Positions 1 to 9,866 of a DNA stretch of 64,000 bases are shown one piece after another. Numbering within the stretch: the first letter of the stretch is position 1; the number at the start of each line of letters is the position of its first letter. The translations under genes were made by a program, and so were the position numbers. The DNA is from Candidatus Fluviicola riflensis (GTDB lineage: Bacteria > Bacteroidota > Bacteroidia > Flavobacteriales_D > Crocinitomicaceae): the NCBI GenBank assembly GCA_002243285.1, contig CP022585.1, forward strand, positions 1,330,669 through 1,394,668. Reading direction: 5' to 3'. The notes beneath the pieces were generated by a model. The model did no database searches and was not told the DNA's origin. It saw only the letters and a program-made list of their open reading frames with translations.

Positions 1-3000
1 GTTTTTACACCAATGTGCGCATCGATTATTCAGCTGATGGCGGAATTACCTGGAACAACCTTACGGCCAGCTATTCCAATGGCGGCTCGTATGACTGGCT
101 GGTGCCGCACAATTACGGTTCTAATTACCTCATCAAAATTGCTAATATCACCGACTTGCTGACCTATGATTTGAGCAACGCGACATTCTCTGTTGTGAAT
201 CCGATCCAGGTGCTGACTCCTAACGGTGGCGAAACGCTTTACGGATGTTCTTCTTATAACATCACATGGACCAGCGGTTGTCAATCGCAATTCCGCTTGC
301 ATTATTCGATTGATAACGGGACTACCTGGAATTCGATTGCAAACCCGAATTATACAGGTGGCACACAAAGTTATACCTGGACAGTTCCAAATGGTATTAA
401 CAGCTCACAGGCATTGATCCGCGTTTCGGATTTTTCCAATGCAGCCGTATTAGATGTAAGTAATACCAATTTCACTATAGCACCAAGCAACGATATTGTG
501 GTAACATCGCCGAATGGCGGAGAAACCTTCCAGGGATTGAGTACACAAATGATTACGTGGACCAATCTTCCGTCTGCTTCGGGCTTGTACAATATTCAGT
601 ATTTCAACGGAAGTTCATGGGTAACAGCAGCGTCGAACGTTTCGGGGAATGCCTACAACTGGACTGTTCCGAATGTACCAGCAACAACGTACCTGGTTCG
701 TGTAATTGATGCGGTAAATACATGTAAACTCGATCAGTCGAATGCCACGTTTACTGTTACTCCAGCCACACCGATTGTACTCACACCGAATGGTGGAGAA
801 TCTATTTATGCGGCAACGAATTACAACATTACGTGGAATAGCGCCACTTATTATTCGACTGTTCGCATCGATTACTCAACCGATAACGGATTCTCCTGGA
901 ATACGGTAGTCGCCAGTACGTCCAATAGCGGATCGTATAGCTGGTCGGTTCCGAACGTAGCTTCTACGCAATGCCTGGTGAAAGTGAGCAATACGGCAAA
1001 CCTGATGGTCAATGATGTCAGCAATGCGGTGTTCCAGATTAAACCTGCCGTTCGGATCATCACACCAAACGGAAGCGACGGCATCACGGAATGGGGCGGA
1101 TGTACGGTTACTTCGATCACTTTCGATCATACACCGGCTTACAGCACCTGGAATATCAAGTATTCCCTGAATGGCGGTGCTACCTGGGTTACAGTGATCA
1201 ACAACTGGTCGCAAACAGCCAATCCGGCAACGTATAACTGGAACATTCCGAATACATCTTCGTCACAGGTACTTGTAAAAGTAGAACCTGCCTTGAATGT
1301 CAGTTATGCCGATGTAAGCGATGCGCCGATTACGATCAGTAAACCGGTAATTATCGTGCAGCCTAATTTCGGTGGAATTATGCAGGTGGGATCGACTTAC
1401 AACATCAGCTGGATCTCTGACGGTATTTCCAATCTGTACGATATTTTCTTCTCGGACAACGGTGGCTCAACCTGGTCTACGGTTGTGATGGGATACAATA
1501 CATCTACGAATACCTATCCGTGGACAGTTCCGAACGCAGCGTCAACCAACTGTCTGATCCGTGTGCGCGACAATATCAATTCCTGTAAGGAAGACACCAG
1601 CAACGTACCATTTACGATTAGCAATGTGGCACCTGCGCTCACGGTACTTTCACCGAATGGTGGCGAAAATCTCAGTGGTTGTAATGATCAGCTGATTACC
1701 TGGGCCGAATTGTCTCCGCACGGCACATACGATTTACATTATTCCACCAACAGTGGTAGTACATGGATTCCCATTGAGTTGAATTATGCCACGGGAAGTA
1801 TGTCTTATCAATGGGTGGTTCCTAACATCAACGCTCCGTCGGTATTGATACGAGTGAAGGCTACAGGAACAGCCATTGAAGACCTGAGCGATGCGCTTTT
1901 AAGTATTTCACCCGGTAATCTGGTGGTAACAACAAACGATGTTACGGTTTGTGGTGGAACACCTGTGCAATTGAACGCTACAGGAGCTTCTACCTATAGC
2001 TGGAGTCCGACTGTAGGGTTGAGTGATCCGCTGATCGCTAATCCGGTTGCAACACCTACTGTTACTACGACTTATATCGTGGAATCGGTCAACGGAACGT
2101 GTACGCTTACGGATTCGGTAACGATCACCACCAATTCTTCTGGAGTTGTTCCGGTGAGCGTTGCGATTGCCGCTTCTCCTGTTTCGACGATTTGTACAGG
2201 AACAAGCGTTACGTTTACGGCAACCCCGGTAAATGAAGGCAGTACGCCGTCTTATCAATGGATGCTTAACGGAGCACCAGCCGGCACCAATAGCAATACG
2301 TATGTAAATGCTTCGCTTTCGGATAATGACCAGGTTCAGGTCGTATTGACTTCCAACCAGGCATGTGTCACCGGCAATCCGGCATCATCAAATATTATTG
2401 TGATGGATGTGGAATCAAGTGCCACGCCTTCGGTTTCTGTCAATGCTTCCGCTACAAACATTTGTACCGGAACAAATGTGACATTTACTGCAATTCCGGT
2501 CAACGGAGGCAGTAATCCAGCCTATCAATGGCTTGTAAACGGCTCGAATGTTGGAGCGAATTCTGCGATTTATTCGTCAGCTTCATTAAATAATACGGAT
2601 GTGGTAACGGTTACCATGACTTCCAATTCTGTTTGTGCAATCGGCGGACCGGTTACAAGTACCGGAATTACCATGACTGTTGGAATGATCCCGGCACAGC
2701 CATTGGCTATTTCAGGTAGCGCTTCGGTTTGTGAAGGAACCGGTGTTTCGTATTTCGTTGCTCCGGTTGCCGGCGCTTTATCTTATGATTGGATCTTGCC
2801 TGCAGGTTGGAGTGGAACGAGCACCACCAATTCTATCAATTGCATTGCTACTTCTTCGGGAGGATTCGTTACCGTTTCAGCGTCGAATACCTGTGGCAGC
2901 AGTCCGCTTCAAACGTTGGGAATAACGACGCATTCACTACCAGTGGTCAGTGCAAATGCTTCTGTCGCTTCTTTATGTGCAGGACAACCATTGACACTTA

Positions 3001-5744
3001 CGGGAACCGGAGCAAGTTCGTATAACTGGGACAACAGCGTCAGCAATGGCGTGGTGTTTAATCCGCTGGTTACAACAACGTATACTGTTACGGGAACCGA
3101 CATCAATGGCTGTACAGACAACGATCAGATTACAGTTACTGTAAATGCGCTACCGAATGTAATGGCGAATACTACTGCATCCGCAGTTTGTTCAGGAAAC
3201 CCGATCACGCTTTCGGGTAGCGGTGCAACAAGTTATGTGTGGAACAATGGCGTAACGAACAATGTTTCATTTGTTCCTTCCGCAACCACCACTTATACCG
3301 TAACGGGAACAGATGCTGCGGGATGTTCTAATTCTACCGGAGTTACTGTAACAGTTAACAATTCACCGCTCGTTCAGGCAGGAAACGATCAAACGGTTTG
3401 TCAGGGAACAGCTGTCACGCTTGCTGGTTCGGGAGCCAGTTCCTATACATGGGATAACGGCATCACGAATAATACGCCGTTTACTACGATGGCTACTGCA
3501 ACATATATTGTTACGGGAACAGACGGAAATGGCTGTACGGATAAAGATACGGTTGGGGTAAATGTGAATACGTCGCCAACAGTAACAGCGAGTGCAACTG
3601 CAGCAGCTATTTGTATCGGAACACCTGTGACTTTAACCGGAAGCGGGGCAACTTCTTATAGCTGGAACAACGGAGTGATAAACAACAATGCGTTTTCTCC
3701 TTCTGCTACGCAAACCTATACCGTGACCGGAACAGATGGAAACGGTTGTACCGATACTGACCAAATTACAATTTCAGTGAATGGGTTGCCAACTGTTGTT
3801 GCGAATGCAACTTCAACCAACTTATGTCCGGGATCACCGGTAACGTTAACAGGTTCAGGTGCCAATTCCTATACCTGGAGTAACGGCGTTTTAAACGGTG
3901 TAGCAATTACTCCGGCAGCTACAACCAATTACACGGTTACGGGCACGGATGCCAATGGATGCTCCAATACGGCCCAGGTTACAGTGAATGTATTTAGTAC
4001 ACCTTCGGTTCAGGCAGGAAATGACCAAACGGTTTGTGAAGGAACAGCTGTTACACTTGCAGGATCAGGAGCAAATTCATATACCTGGGACAATGGAATT
4101 ACAAATAATACAGCGTTTACCGCAATGAATACAACAACGTATATTGTTACGGGAACCGATGGAAACGGTTGTACAGATAAAGACACGGTGATTGTGAATG
4201 TTAACGTGGCACCTGTCGTAACGGCATCTTCATCAGCTTCTGCGGTTTGTATCGGCACACCAGTTACTCTAAACGGAAACGGTGCGACTTCTTACACCTG
4301 GAATAACGGTGTTACGAACAATAGCGCGTTTTCTCCTTCTGCAACACAAACGTATACGGTTACCGGGACAGATGGAAACGGCTGTACGGATACCGATCAG
4401 ATTACTGTTTCAGTGAATGCCTTACCGAATGTAGCGGCCAATGCAACCGATACCGATTTGTGTGCCGGTGAAAATGTGATTCTTACCGGTTCAGGTGCCA
4501 ATAATTATAGCTGGAACAACGGCGCGTTGAACGGAGCAGCTTTTGTACCTTCTTCGACCACTACATATACTGTAACAGGAACGGACGCTAACGGCTGCAG
4601 CAATACCAGCCAGGTCACAGTGAATGTCAATGCGCTTCCGGTGATTGAAACCAGCGGAACAGCTACAATCTGTGAAGGAACTTCAGCTTCGATCACAGCG
4701 TCGGGTGGTTTAACGTACAGCTGGAACAACGGCGCCGGAAACGGAACTACTGTTAATGTTTCTCCTGCATCAACTACGGTTTATACAGTTACAGGAACCG
4801 ATATCAACGGCTGTACGGATACTGATTTGTTTGCAGTAACCGTAGTTCCTGCACCGGTTATTTCAATCGGGGGAGATGAAGCTATTTGCGAAGGCGGATC
4901 GGTTGCGATTACAGCTTCCGGAGCAACAACATTGAACTGGGACAACGGAGCGGGATCAGGAACTTCCGTGACTGTATCTCCGGTTGCAACCACAGTTTAT
5001 ACGGTAACGGGAACCGACGGAGCTTGTTCGGCAACGGCGCAGGTTACGGTTACGGTCAACGAACTTCCAACGATTACCACGAGCGGAACTTCACCGGTAT
5101 GTGAAGGAGAAAGTGTTTCGCTGACAGCTGCCGGTGGGGTAAGCTATGACTGGGATAACGGAGCAGGATCAGGTTCACCTGTTCTGGTAACACCGGCATC
5201 ATCGGTAACATACACCGTAACCGTAACAGATGCCAACGGATGTGTGAACACGGATCAGATTTTTGTAGAAGTAAATCCGGCGCCGACTCCTGTGATTACC
5301 AATAACGCTGGTGTTTTACAAACCGGAAATTACACGACTTATCAATGGTATGTCAACAACAGCCCGACTCCGGGTGCTACCAGTCAAACGTGGACGTATA
5401 CCGAGAACGGAGATTATTATGTGGTAGTAACTGACGGAAACGGTTGTACGGGAACTGCTGCCGAAATCACCATTTCTGATGCGTCGCTGGCAGAAGCCGA
5501 CGAGCATGGAATTGTGTGTTATCCGAATCCGGCAACGAATCATCTTTCCATTCAATTCGGTGATTTGGCCGGAGAGAAAACGGTCCGATTGTTCGACCTT
5601 TCCGGAAAACTGGTGTTGGAAACAACTACGCAGGAAATGCTAATGACAATCGATTTGGAAGTAGCAACCGGTTATTACACCGTGGTAATCAGCGCTGAAG
5701 GACAACAATTGGAGTTGAGCAAAAAGCTCATTGTGCAGAACTAG
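1..5744 (+). CDS. Giant repeat-rich cell-surface protein with a T9SS type A C-terminal sorting domain (5' end lies outside the window)
   Basis: The frame is open to the window start. The codons before nt 15 read F-Y-T-N and continue the repeat motif. It has at least 7 N-terminal ~95-aa repeats (PNGGE..ITW..I.YS.D.G..W..GSY.W.VPN..S..CL.KV), 3 PKD-like units (C.GT.VTFTA.PVN.GS.P.YQW..NG) and at least 11 Ig-like ~71-aa modules (LP.V.A....C.G..V.L.GSGA.SY.W.NG...TTYTVTGTD.NGC). The C-terminus (CYPNPATNHLSIQF...GYYTVVIS...KLIVQN) is typical of a Por/T9SS type A CTD. Confidence 0.9.
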   Translation, partial: FYTNVRIDYSADGGITWNNLTASYSNGGSYDWLVPHNYGSNYLIKIANITDLLTYDLSNATFSVVNPIQVLTPNGGETLYGCSSYNITWTSGCQSQFRLHYSIDNGTTWNSIANPNYTGGTQSYTWTVPNGINSSQALIRVSDFSNAAVLDVSNTNFTIAPSNDIVVTSPNGGETFQGLSTQMITWTNLPSASGLYNIQYFNGSSWVTAASNVSGNAYNWTVPNVPATTYLVRVIDAVNTCKLDQSNATFTVTPATPIVLTPNGGESIYAATNYNITWNSATYYSTVRIDYSTDNGFSWNTVVASTSNSGSYSWSVPNVASTQCLVKVSNTANLMVNDVSNAVFQIKPAVRIITPNGSDGITEWGGCTVTSITFDHTPAYSTWNIKYSLNGGATWVTVINNWSQTANPATYNWNIPNTSSSQVLVKVEPALNVSYADVSDAPITISKPVIIVQPNFGGIMQVGSTYNISWISDGISNLYDIFFSDNGGSTWSTVVMGYNTSTNTYPWTVPNAASTNCLIRVRDNINSCKEDTSNVPFTISNVAPALTVLSPNGGENLSGCNDQLITWAELSPHGTYDLHYSTNSGSTWIPIELNYATGSMSYQWVVPNINAPSVLIRVKATGTAIEDLSDALLSISPGNLVVTTNDVTVCGGTPVQLNATGASTYSWSPTVGLSDPLIANPVATPTVTTTYIVESVNGTCTLTDSVTITTNSSGVVPVSVAIAASPVSTICTGTSVTFTATPVNEGSTPSYQWMLNGAPAGTNSNTYVNASLSDNDQVQVVLTSNQACVTGNPASSNIIVMDVESSATPSVSVNASATNICTGTNVTFTAIPVNGGSNPAYQWLVNGSNVGANSAIYSSASLNNTDVVTVTMTSNSVCAIGGPVTSTGITMTVGMIPAQPLAISGSASVCEGTGVSYFVAPVAGALSYDWILPAGWSGTSTTNSINCIATSSGGFVTVSASNTCGSSPLQTLGITTHSLPVVSANASVASLCAGQPLTLTGTGASSYNWDNSVSNGVVFNPLVTTTYTVTGTDINGCTDNDQITVTVNALPNVMANTTASAVCSGNPITLSGSGATSYVWNNGVTNNVSFVPSATTTYTVTGTDAAGCSNSTGVTVTVNNSPLVQAGNDQTVCQGTAVTLAGSGASSYTWDNGITNNTPFTTMATATYIVTGTDGNGCTDKDTVGVNVNTSPTVTASATAAAICIGTPVTLTGSGATSYSWNNGVINNNAFSPSATQTYTVTGTDGNGCTDTDQITISVNGLPTVVANATSTNLCPGSPVTLTGSGANSYTWSNGVLNGVAITPAATTNYTVTGTDANGCSNTAQVTVNVFSTPSVQAGNDQTVCEGTAVTLAGSGANSYTWDNGITNNTAFTAMNTTTYIVTGTDGNGCTDKDTVIVNVNVAPVVTASSSASAVCIGTPVTLNGNGATSYTWNNGVTNNSAFSPSATQTYTVTGTDGNGCTDTDQITVSVNALPNVAANATDTDLCAGENVILTGSGANNYSWNNGALNGAAFVPSSTTTYTVTGTDANGCSNTSQVTVNVNALPVIETSGTATICEGTSASITASGGLTYSWNNGAGNGTTVNVSPASTTVYTVTGTDINGCTDTDLFAVTVVPAPVISIGGDEAICEGGSVAITASGATTLNWDNGAGSGTSVTVSPVATTVYTVTGTDGACSATAQVTVTVNELPTITTSGTSPVCEGESVSLTAAGGVSYDWDNGAGSGSPVLVTPASSVTYTVTVTDANGCVNTDQIFVEVNPAPTPVITNNAGVLQTGNYTTYQWYVNNSPTPGATSQTWTYTENGDYYVVVTDGNGCTGTAAEITISDASLAEADEHGIVCYPNPATNHLSIQFGDLAGEKTVRLFDLSGKLVLETTTQEMLMTIDLEVATGYYTVVISAEGQQLELSKKLIVQN

Positions 5745-5772
5745 AAATTAGTACGAAATAATAAGAACGAAA

Positions 5773-5803
5773 GGGTGTCGAAAGGCATCCTTTTTGTGTT
5801 TTT
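5773..5803 (+). terminator. Rho-independent terminator candidate
   Basis: Stem GGGTGTC / GGCATCC (7 bp including 2 G:U) with a GAAA loop, followed by TTTTTGTGTTTTT. It lies about 29 nt after the stop codon of the giant gene. Confidence 0.6.
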
Positions 5804-5839
5804 GATGATGGAATTGATTTACCGGTTGTGATTTTATAA

Positions 5840-5847
5840 TAGTTTTG
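5840..5847 (+). promoter_or_regulatory. Bacteroidota-type -7 promoter box (TAnnTTTG)
   Basis: TAGTTTTG lies about 15 nt upstream of the ATG at 5863. Confidence 0.4.
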
Positions 5848-5862
5848 ACAAAACATACTCAC

Positions 5863-6219
5863 ATGAAGCAAACGCCCAACATCCAACAATTCTTCGCTGG
5901 CAAATCAGCACACACGATCCAACTTTTTGATCATTTCGTGGAACGTTTTGCAACAATTGGTGAATTGAAAGTGGAACCCACAAAAACGATGATCGGCATT
6001 TCCAACGATCACAAGCGCATTGCATGGGTGACACAACTCGGGAAAAACTTCATTCATGTTGTCTTTCCGTTCGATCAGGTGTACGAGGATAATCTGTGCT
6101 TTCAGAAAATTGCACAGGTCCCGGGAAGTAATCAGTACAATCATCATTTCCGGATGTTGGAAACGGATGATGTGAACGAAGAAGTGATGGCATTTATGCG
6201 AAAAGCGTATTTGTTATAG
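5863..6219 (+). CDS. DUF5655-like small protein
   Basis: The first ATG is at 5863; the track ORF start at 5845 is a TTG inside the -7 box. The sequence pattern (FAGKS..LFDHFVERF..IGELKVEPTKTMIGIS...HVVFPF...HHFRML..DDVNEEVMAFMRKAY) resembles the DUF5655 family from memory. Confidence 0.6.
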   Translation: MKQTPNIQQFFAGKSAHTIQLFDHFVERFATIGELKVEPTKTMIGISNDHKRIAWVTQLGKNFIHVVFPFDQVYEDNLCFQKIAQVPGSNQYNHHFRMLETDDVNEEVMAFMRKAYLL

Positions 6220-6402
6220 AAGGAAAATGTTTGCTTAGAACGAAAATTCTGGTCGTGATTGCAAAACCGACACGAGGATCCATGAAGGAGTGAGCGTCAA
6301 TTTTTCGCCTGTTTGACGAGGAGGAACGACGAGGAGTTTAAGGAAAATTAGCGAATGATCTGCTAATGGATCGTGTGTTTTGCCACGACATGCATTTTTT
6401 GT

Positions 6403-6432
6403 TACTTTTTGTTGCTTTGGACAAAAAGTAAA
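6403..6432. terminator. AT-rich perfect hairpin between convergent genes (bidirectional terminator candidate)
   Basis: TTACTTTTTGT (6403-6413) pairs perfectly with ACAAAAAGTAA (6422-6432) around an 8-nt loop. It lies 7 nt beyond the stop of the minus-strand peptidase gene. Confidence 0.45.
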
Positions 6433-6439
6433 GAGATTT

Positions 6440-7951
6440 TTACCAGCCCAAATACGCACACATATCCAACTCAAACGTCTGCTCTGATCCATCATCAAAA
6501 TAAATGGTCACAATCACGTTTTGCAAACAACCCCATCCGGTGTATTCTGCTCTAAAGTCATTCGCTGCGTCGGTTGATGTAAGATACGGCTGTTTAAAGC
6601 TGTCGTGATTCCGGTCATAGACCACTTTTGTGATCCGGTCGCTGATTTGATCGATGCCCCGCAACTCAACGCGGAATTTATAATTATCGGCTTTATCGGT
6701 TGAATAGGCAGTCACAACCGGCTCAATTTCCACTTCCGAAAGGTCATACTCGTAATCGTCTTCTAATTCCAGCGTTTGTACAATAATATCGCAGCCGTCG
6801 AAGGCAAATGTAAGCGATGATCCGTCTTCGAAATAGACTTCGGCCTCCATGTCCTCAATACAACCGTAACCTTCATACGAAGTTTGGAAATAAGGACCTT
6901 CGGAAACAGTTACGTACTTGTTTTTAAACGAAGAATGATTGTAGAAATATACCACTTCGGTCACTAATGGCAACACTTCATCGCTGATGACAAAACCGAA
7001 TGAATAATAATTACGGCCTTCGCGGACTTCTTCGCTGTAACCATACATCCCGAAGTTGTCTTCCGAAACATCAGAAATGCTGTTATCGTCAACAGGATCC
7101 GGATCAATAACCGGATCTACAACAGGTTCATCTTCCATGGAATAGTTTTTTTCCACTACATAACCTTCGTTGACCATGGTGCGGAAAGACGCGTAATCGA
7201 TCCATACAAAACCACCGGTTCCCCAAGCCGATCCCCAGGAATTCATCACTTTTACAGCGCCTTTTAAATCATCGTAACCAACAGCCAGCATTGCATGGTA
7301 ACCGCCTTTATAGTTTCCACTGTTCCAGGTAAATACATCATTGTCTGTCTTGTTTTTGTAATTCTGGAAAGCTTTGTCGGTATAGGCAGCGATCACAATC
7401 GGAATTCCTTGCGAGAGGTAAGTTTTTACCTCTGTCATGTTGTTGATGTCTTCTACCCGGAACCAGTTTTTGATGGTGTAGGTGGAAGCGTATGATTTGA
7501 GATCGGCAGACGGTTTTACACAACTTTCGGGATCATATCCGAAATAACTCAACGGAACGTTCCCGGAGGTTTTCATAAAATCCAAAGCGCTGGTAATATA
7601 AGTACCATTTGTGCAATCTCCCTGGCGAATATTCTGATAAACATAGGAAGGGCTGAAGGTGGTATTCGCTTCCGTCAAACTCCATCCGTTTACCCGCGCC
7701 TGGTAAAAAGACATGAGCGCATAACCGGTAGCCCATGCGGTACACGACGGCTGACTTCCCTGGTTTCCCGGAGTGGGGAAGTAGAACTCGGGAATCACAG
7801 ACGTTACTGGCAAACTGCTGCGCTCGGATGCACCCGCAAGCATTGGTGGTGCTGGAAGTTTTTCGTATTGATCTTCCGGAAGCGGAATGAGTCCCTGTCC
7901 GAAAGCAGCACTACTTATAAGCAATACCAGGCCGAAGAATAACTGTTTCAT
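6440..7951 (-). CDS. Secreted papain-like (C1 family) cysteine peptidase with two C-terminal beta-rich repeat domains
   Basis: It has a signal peptide (MKQLFFGLVLLISSAAFGQ). The catalytic motifs are QGSQPSC(70)TAW, GGYH(219)AMLAVGYD and N(237)SWG. An acidic linker is followed by two ~85-aa repeats (aa 306-387 and 413-498). Confidence 0.85.
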   Translation of the reverse strand: MKQLFFGLVLLISSAAFGQGLIPLPEDQYEKLPAPPMLAGASERSSLPVTSVIPEFYFPTPGNQGSQPSCTAWATGYALMSFYQARVNGWSLTEANTTFSPSYVYQNIRQGDCTNGTYITSALDFMKTSGNVPLSYFGYDPESCVKPSADLKSYASTYTIKNWFRVEDINNMTEVKTYLSQGIPIVIAAYTDKAFQNYKNKTDNDVFTWNSGNYKGGYHAMLAVGYDDLKGAVKVMNSWGSAWGTGGFVWIDYASFRTMVNEGYVVEKNYSMEDEPVVDPVIDPDPVDDNSISDVSEDNFGMYGYSEEVREGRNYYSFGFVISDEVLPLVTEVVYFYNHSSFKNKYVTVSEGPYFQTSYEGYGCIEDMEAEVYFEDGSSLTFAFDGCDIIVQTLELEDDYEYDLSEVEIEPVVTAYSTDKADNYKFRVELRGIDQISDRITKVVYDRNHDSFKQPYLTSTDAANDFRAEYTGWGCLQNVIVTIYFDDGSEQTFELDMCAYLGW

Positions 7952-8239
7952 AATACGTGAATATAGAGTGGTGAAAGATGATTAACAGATTTATGCTGTC
8001 TGTTTATTGAAAAACCGTGATGGATGAACAGAAGCTGCAACATTGCAGATAACGTAGTAAGCGTAGATCGTTTCATTTCTGATTTTGTTAGACAATGTTA
8101 CTCCAAATTTCTTTCATAAATGGTGCCATAAATGAAATTTGTTTTGGGATATAGAATACTCTTTAGGATGAGGTGTAACAGCCGCTGGTCAATACGCTAT
8201 TTTTCCCACGAATGAACCAATAATGGTCTATTTTATTTG

Positions 8240-8334
8240 CCACAGATGTCTCAGATGTTCACAGATAAAATAAATGTATCAAATACTGTACGCATGCGTA
8301 CAGTAAAATCTGTGAACATCTGAGACATCTGTGG
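8240..8334. repeat. Nested perfect palindromic element (CCACAGATG hairpin family, copy 1)
   Basis: The 27-nt arms CCACAGATGTCTCAGATGTTCACAGAT (8240-8266) and ATCTGTGAACATCTGAGACATCTGTGG (8308-8334) are perfectly complementary. The loop contains a second perfect 22-nt palindrome, TACTGTACGCATGCGTACAGTA (8284-8305). Confidence 0.9.
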
Positions 8335-8389
8335 TAAGACTGAAGTGTGTTGGTCAGGTATGGCTTCCCGGTTTAATAAATCGCGGGAA

Positions 8390-9616
8390 TTATTGACTTA
8401 TCAGATCTTTACTTAGCCCATACACCGTATAACTAATCATCAAAACCAGCATCAAAATCGCCACAATACTGATCACCGGAATGTTTTTAATATTCCCCGG
8501 AATTCGGAACGGACGTTTCAGATTGGGTTGTTTTATGCGAAGGTAGATTACCGTCAGATTGATGATAATGAAGGTGATGAAAACAAAGAAATTGGTAATC
8601 AGCGCTACTTTTTCAACCTTTCCGATCAATGAGAAAGCCGCAGCAACCAATGCTGCTACGATCAGCGCATATACCGGCGTTCTTCTGTTGGGCAACACTG
8701 TTCCAAGGAACCGGAGTTTGTTTTTTTCTTTTCCGATACTGTAAAGAACTCTGGAAGCGCCAAGCATATTCGATAATAGGGAATTGGAAGTAGAAAATAG
8801 TGCTACGATGGCAATAATCATCGCGCCGTTGTGCCCGAACCGCTTTTCGACCACCGTTGATAACGGGCTGTCAGATTCTGCCAGTTCCTGGAACGGGATC
8901 ATACTGATCACAGTCAACGCTACACATGTATACAAAATCATCACCACAATGGCAGAAATAAAAAGCGCTTTCGGGATATTCTTTTCAGGTTTTTTGGTTT
9001 CTTCGGCCAGTTTTACAGCGTCTTCAAAACCGGTGAACGCGAAAAAACAAAGTGCAGCCCCGGCAATTAAACCGTGTATGCCATTCTCGGGCATTTCAAC
9101 GTAACTGACGTCTCCCACAGCCGGACTTGCAGCGTAAATGACAAAGATCAATCCAGCCGTTTCCAGAAGGGTAAAAACAATATTCACCACAGATGATTGC
9201 CTGATTCCAAGAAGGTTTATCCCCAGGATAAGCCCGATAATGATTAACGCCGCGATTTGTTGTGGAAAATCCAGCAGGTGGGATAAATATCCGGCAAAAC
9301 CGATTGAAATAGTCGCCGAAGAAATAATACTGCTCAAGGCTACCATTGTTCCGACTACATAGGCCCATTTTAAGTGGATACTTTCTCTGACGTACGAATA
9401 TTCTCCACCGGCTTTCGGAAAAACCGATACCAGTTCAGCGTAGGCAAATAACGAAAGCAAAGCGGTAAACGCAGCAATCATAAAAGAGATCCATAACGTA
9501 TTGCCACTTGCTCCGGCAGCTTTACCGATTACTGTATAAATTCCCGCACCAAGGATCACACCCGAGGCAAAGAAAACAACTTCTGCCAGGTTCAATGTTC
9601 GTTTCAGTTCTGCCAT
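8390..9616 (-). CDS. APC-superfamily amino acid permease
   Basis: A polytopic 408-aa protein with an N-terminus (LNLAEVVFFASGVILGAGIYTVIGKAAG...FAYAELVSVFPKAGGEYSY) typical of APC/amino-acid-polyamine permeases. The ATG is at 9616. Confidence 0.85.
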   Translation of the reverse strand: MAELKRTLNLAEVVFFASGVILGAGIYTVIGKAAGASGNTLWISFMIAAFTALLSLFAYAELVSVFPKAGGEYSYVRESIHLKWAYVVGTMVALSSIISSATISIGFAGYLSHLLDFPQQIAALIIIGLILGINLLGIRQSSVVNIVFTLLETAGLIFVIYAASPAVGDVSYVEMPENGIHGLIAGAALCFFAFTGFEDAVKLAEETKKPEKNIPKALFISAIVVMILYTCVALTVISMIPFQELAESDSPLSTVVEKRFGHNGAMIIAIVALFSTSNSLLSNMLGASRVLYSIGKEKNKLRFLGTVLPNRRTPVYALIVAALVAAAFSLIGKVEKVALITNFFVFITFIIINLTVIYLRIKQPNLKRPFRIPGNIKNIPVISIVAILMLVLMISYTVYGLSKDLISQ

Positions 9617-9840
9617 ATCGTTTCAATTAATTCTCACTTCTTCTAAGAAACTGAATTCCCAATGGCATTAAGTAACAATCGCCAGAGAACAAGGTGCGTT
9701 AAACGTAATGGAACCCCTGTTTGAGCACAGTCATCGGTTATCCGCGAAGAGGATCAACGCTAATGACGTTTGCGAGTTGGGGTGAGATAGTTTAACAAGC
9801 CGTAGTTCTCAAGATTGGTACTTACAGCCTTGACTTTTTG

Positions 9841-9866
9841 GTTCTTTTTTGTCAAGAAAAAAGAAC
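9841..9866 (-). terminator. Perfect 10-bp hairpin downstream of the SDR gene (terminator candidate)
   Basis: GTTCTTTTTT (9841-9850) pairs with AAAAAAGAAC (9857-9866) around a 6-nt loop, 12 nt after the minus-strand stop at 9878. The U-run lies within the stem rather than after it. Confidence 0.4.

Noticed and set aside
6235-6498. An 87-aa minus-strand ORF and a 60-aa plus-strand ORF (6373-6555) in the convergent spacer.
   Set aside because: They overlap the peptidase 3' end and the hairpin at 6403-6432, and have no recognisable features.
7964-7976. The 13-mer TAGAGTGGTGAAA recurs at 22619-22631, and AGAGTGGTG recurs at 27021-27029.
   Set aside because: In a 64-kb window, tens of identical 13-mer pairs are expected by chance (roughly N squared / 2 divided by 4 to the 13th). 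The flanks do not align further.
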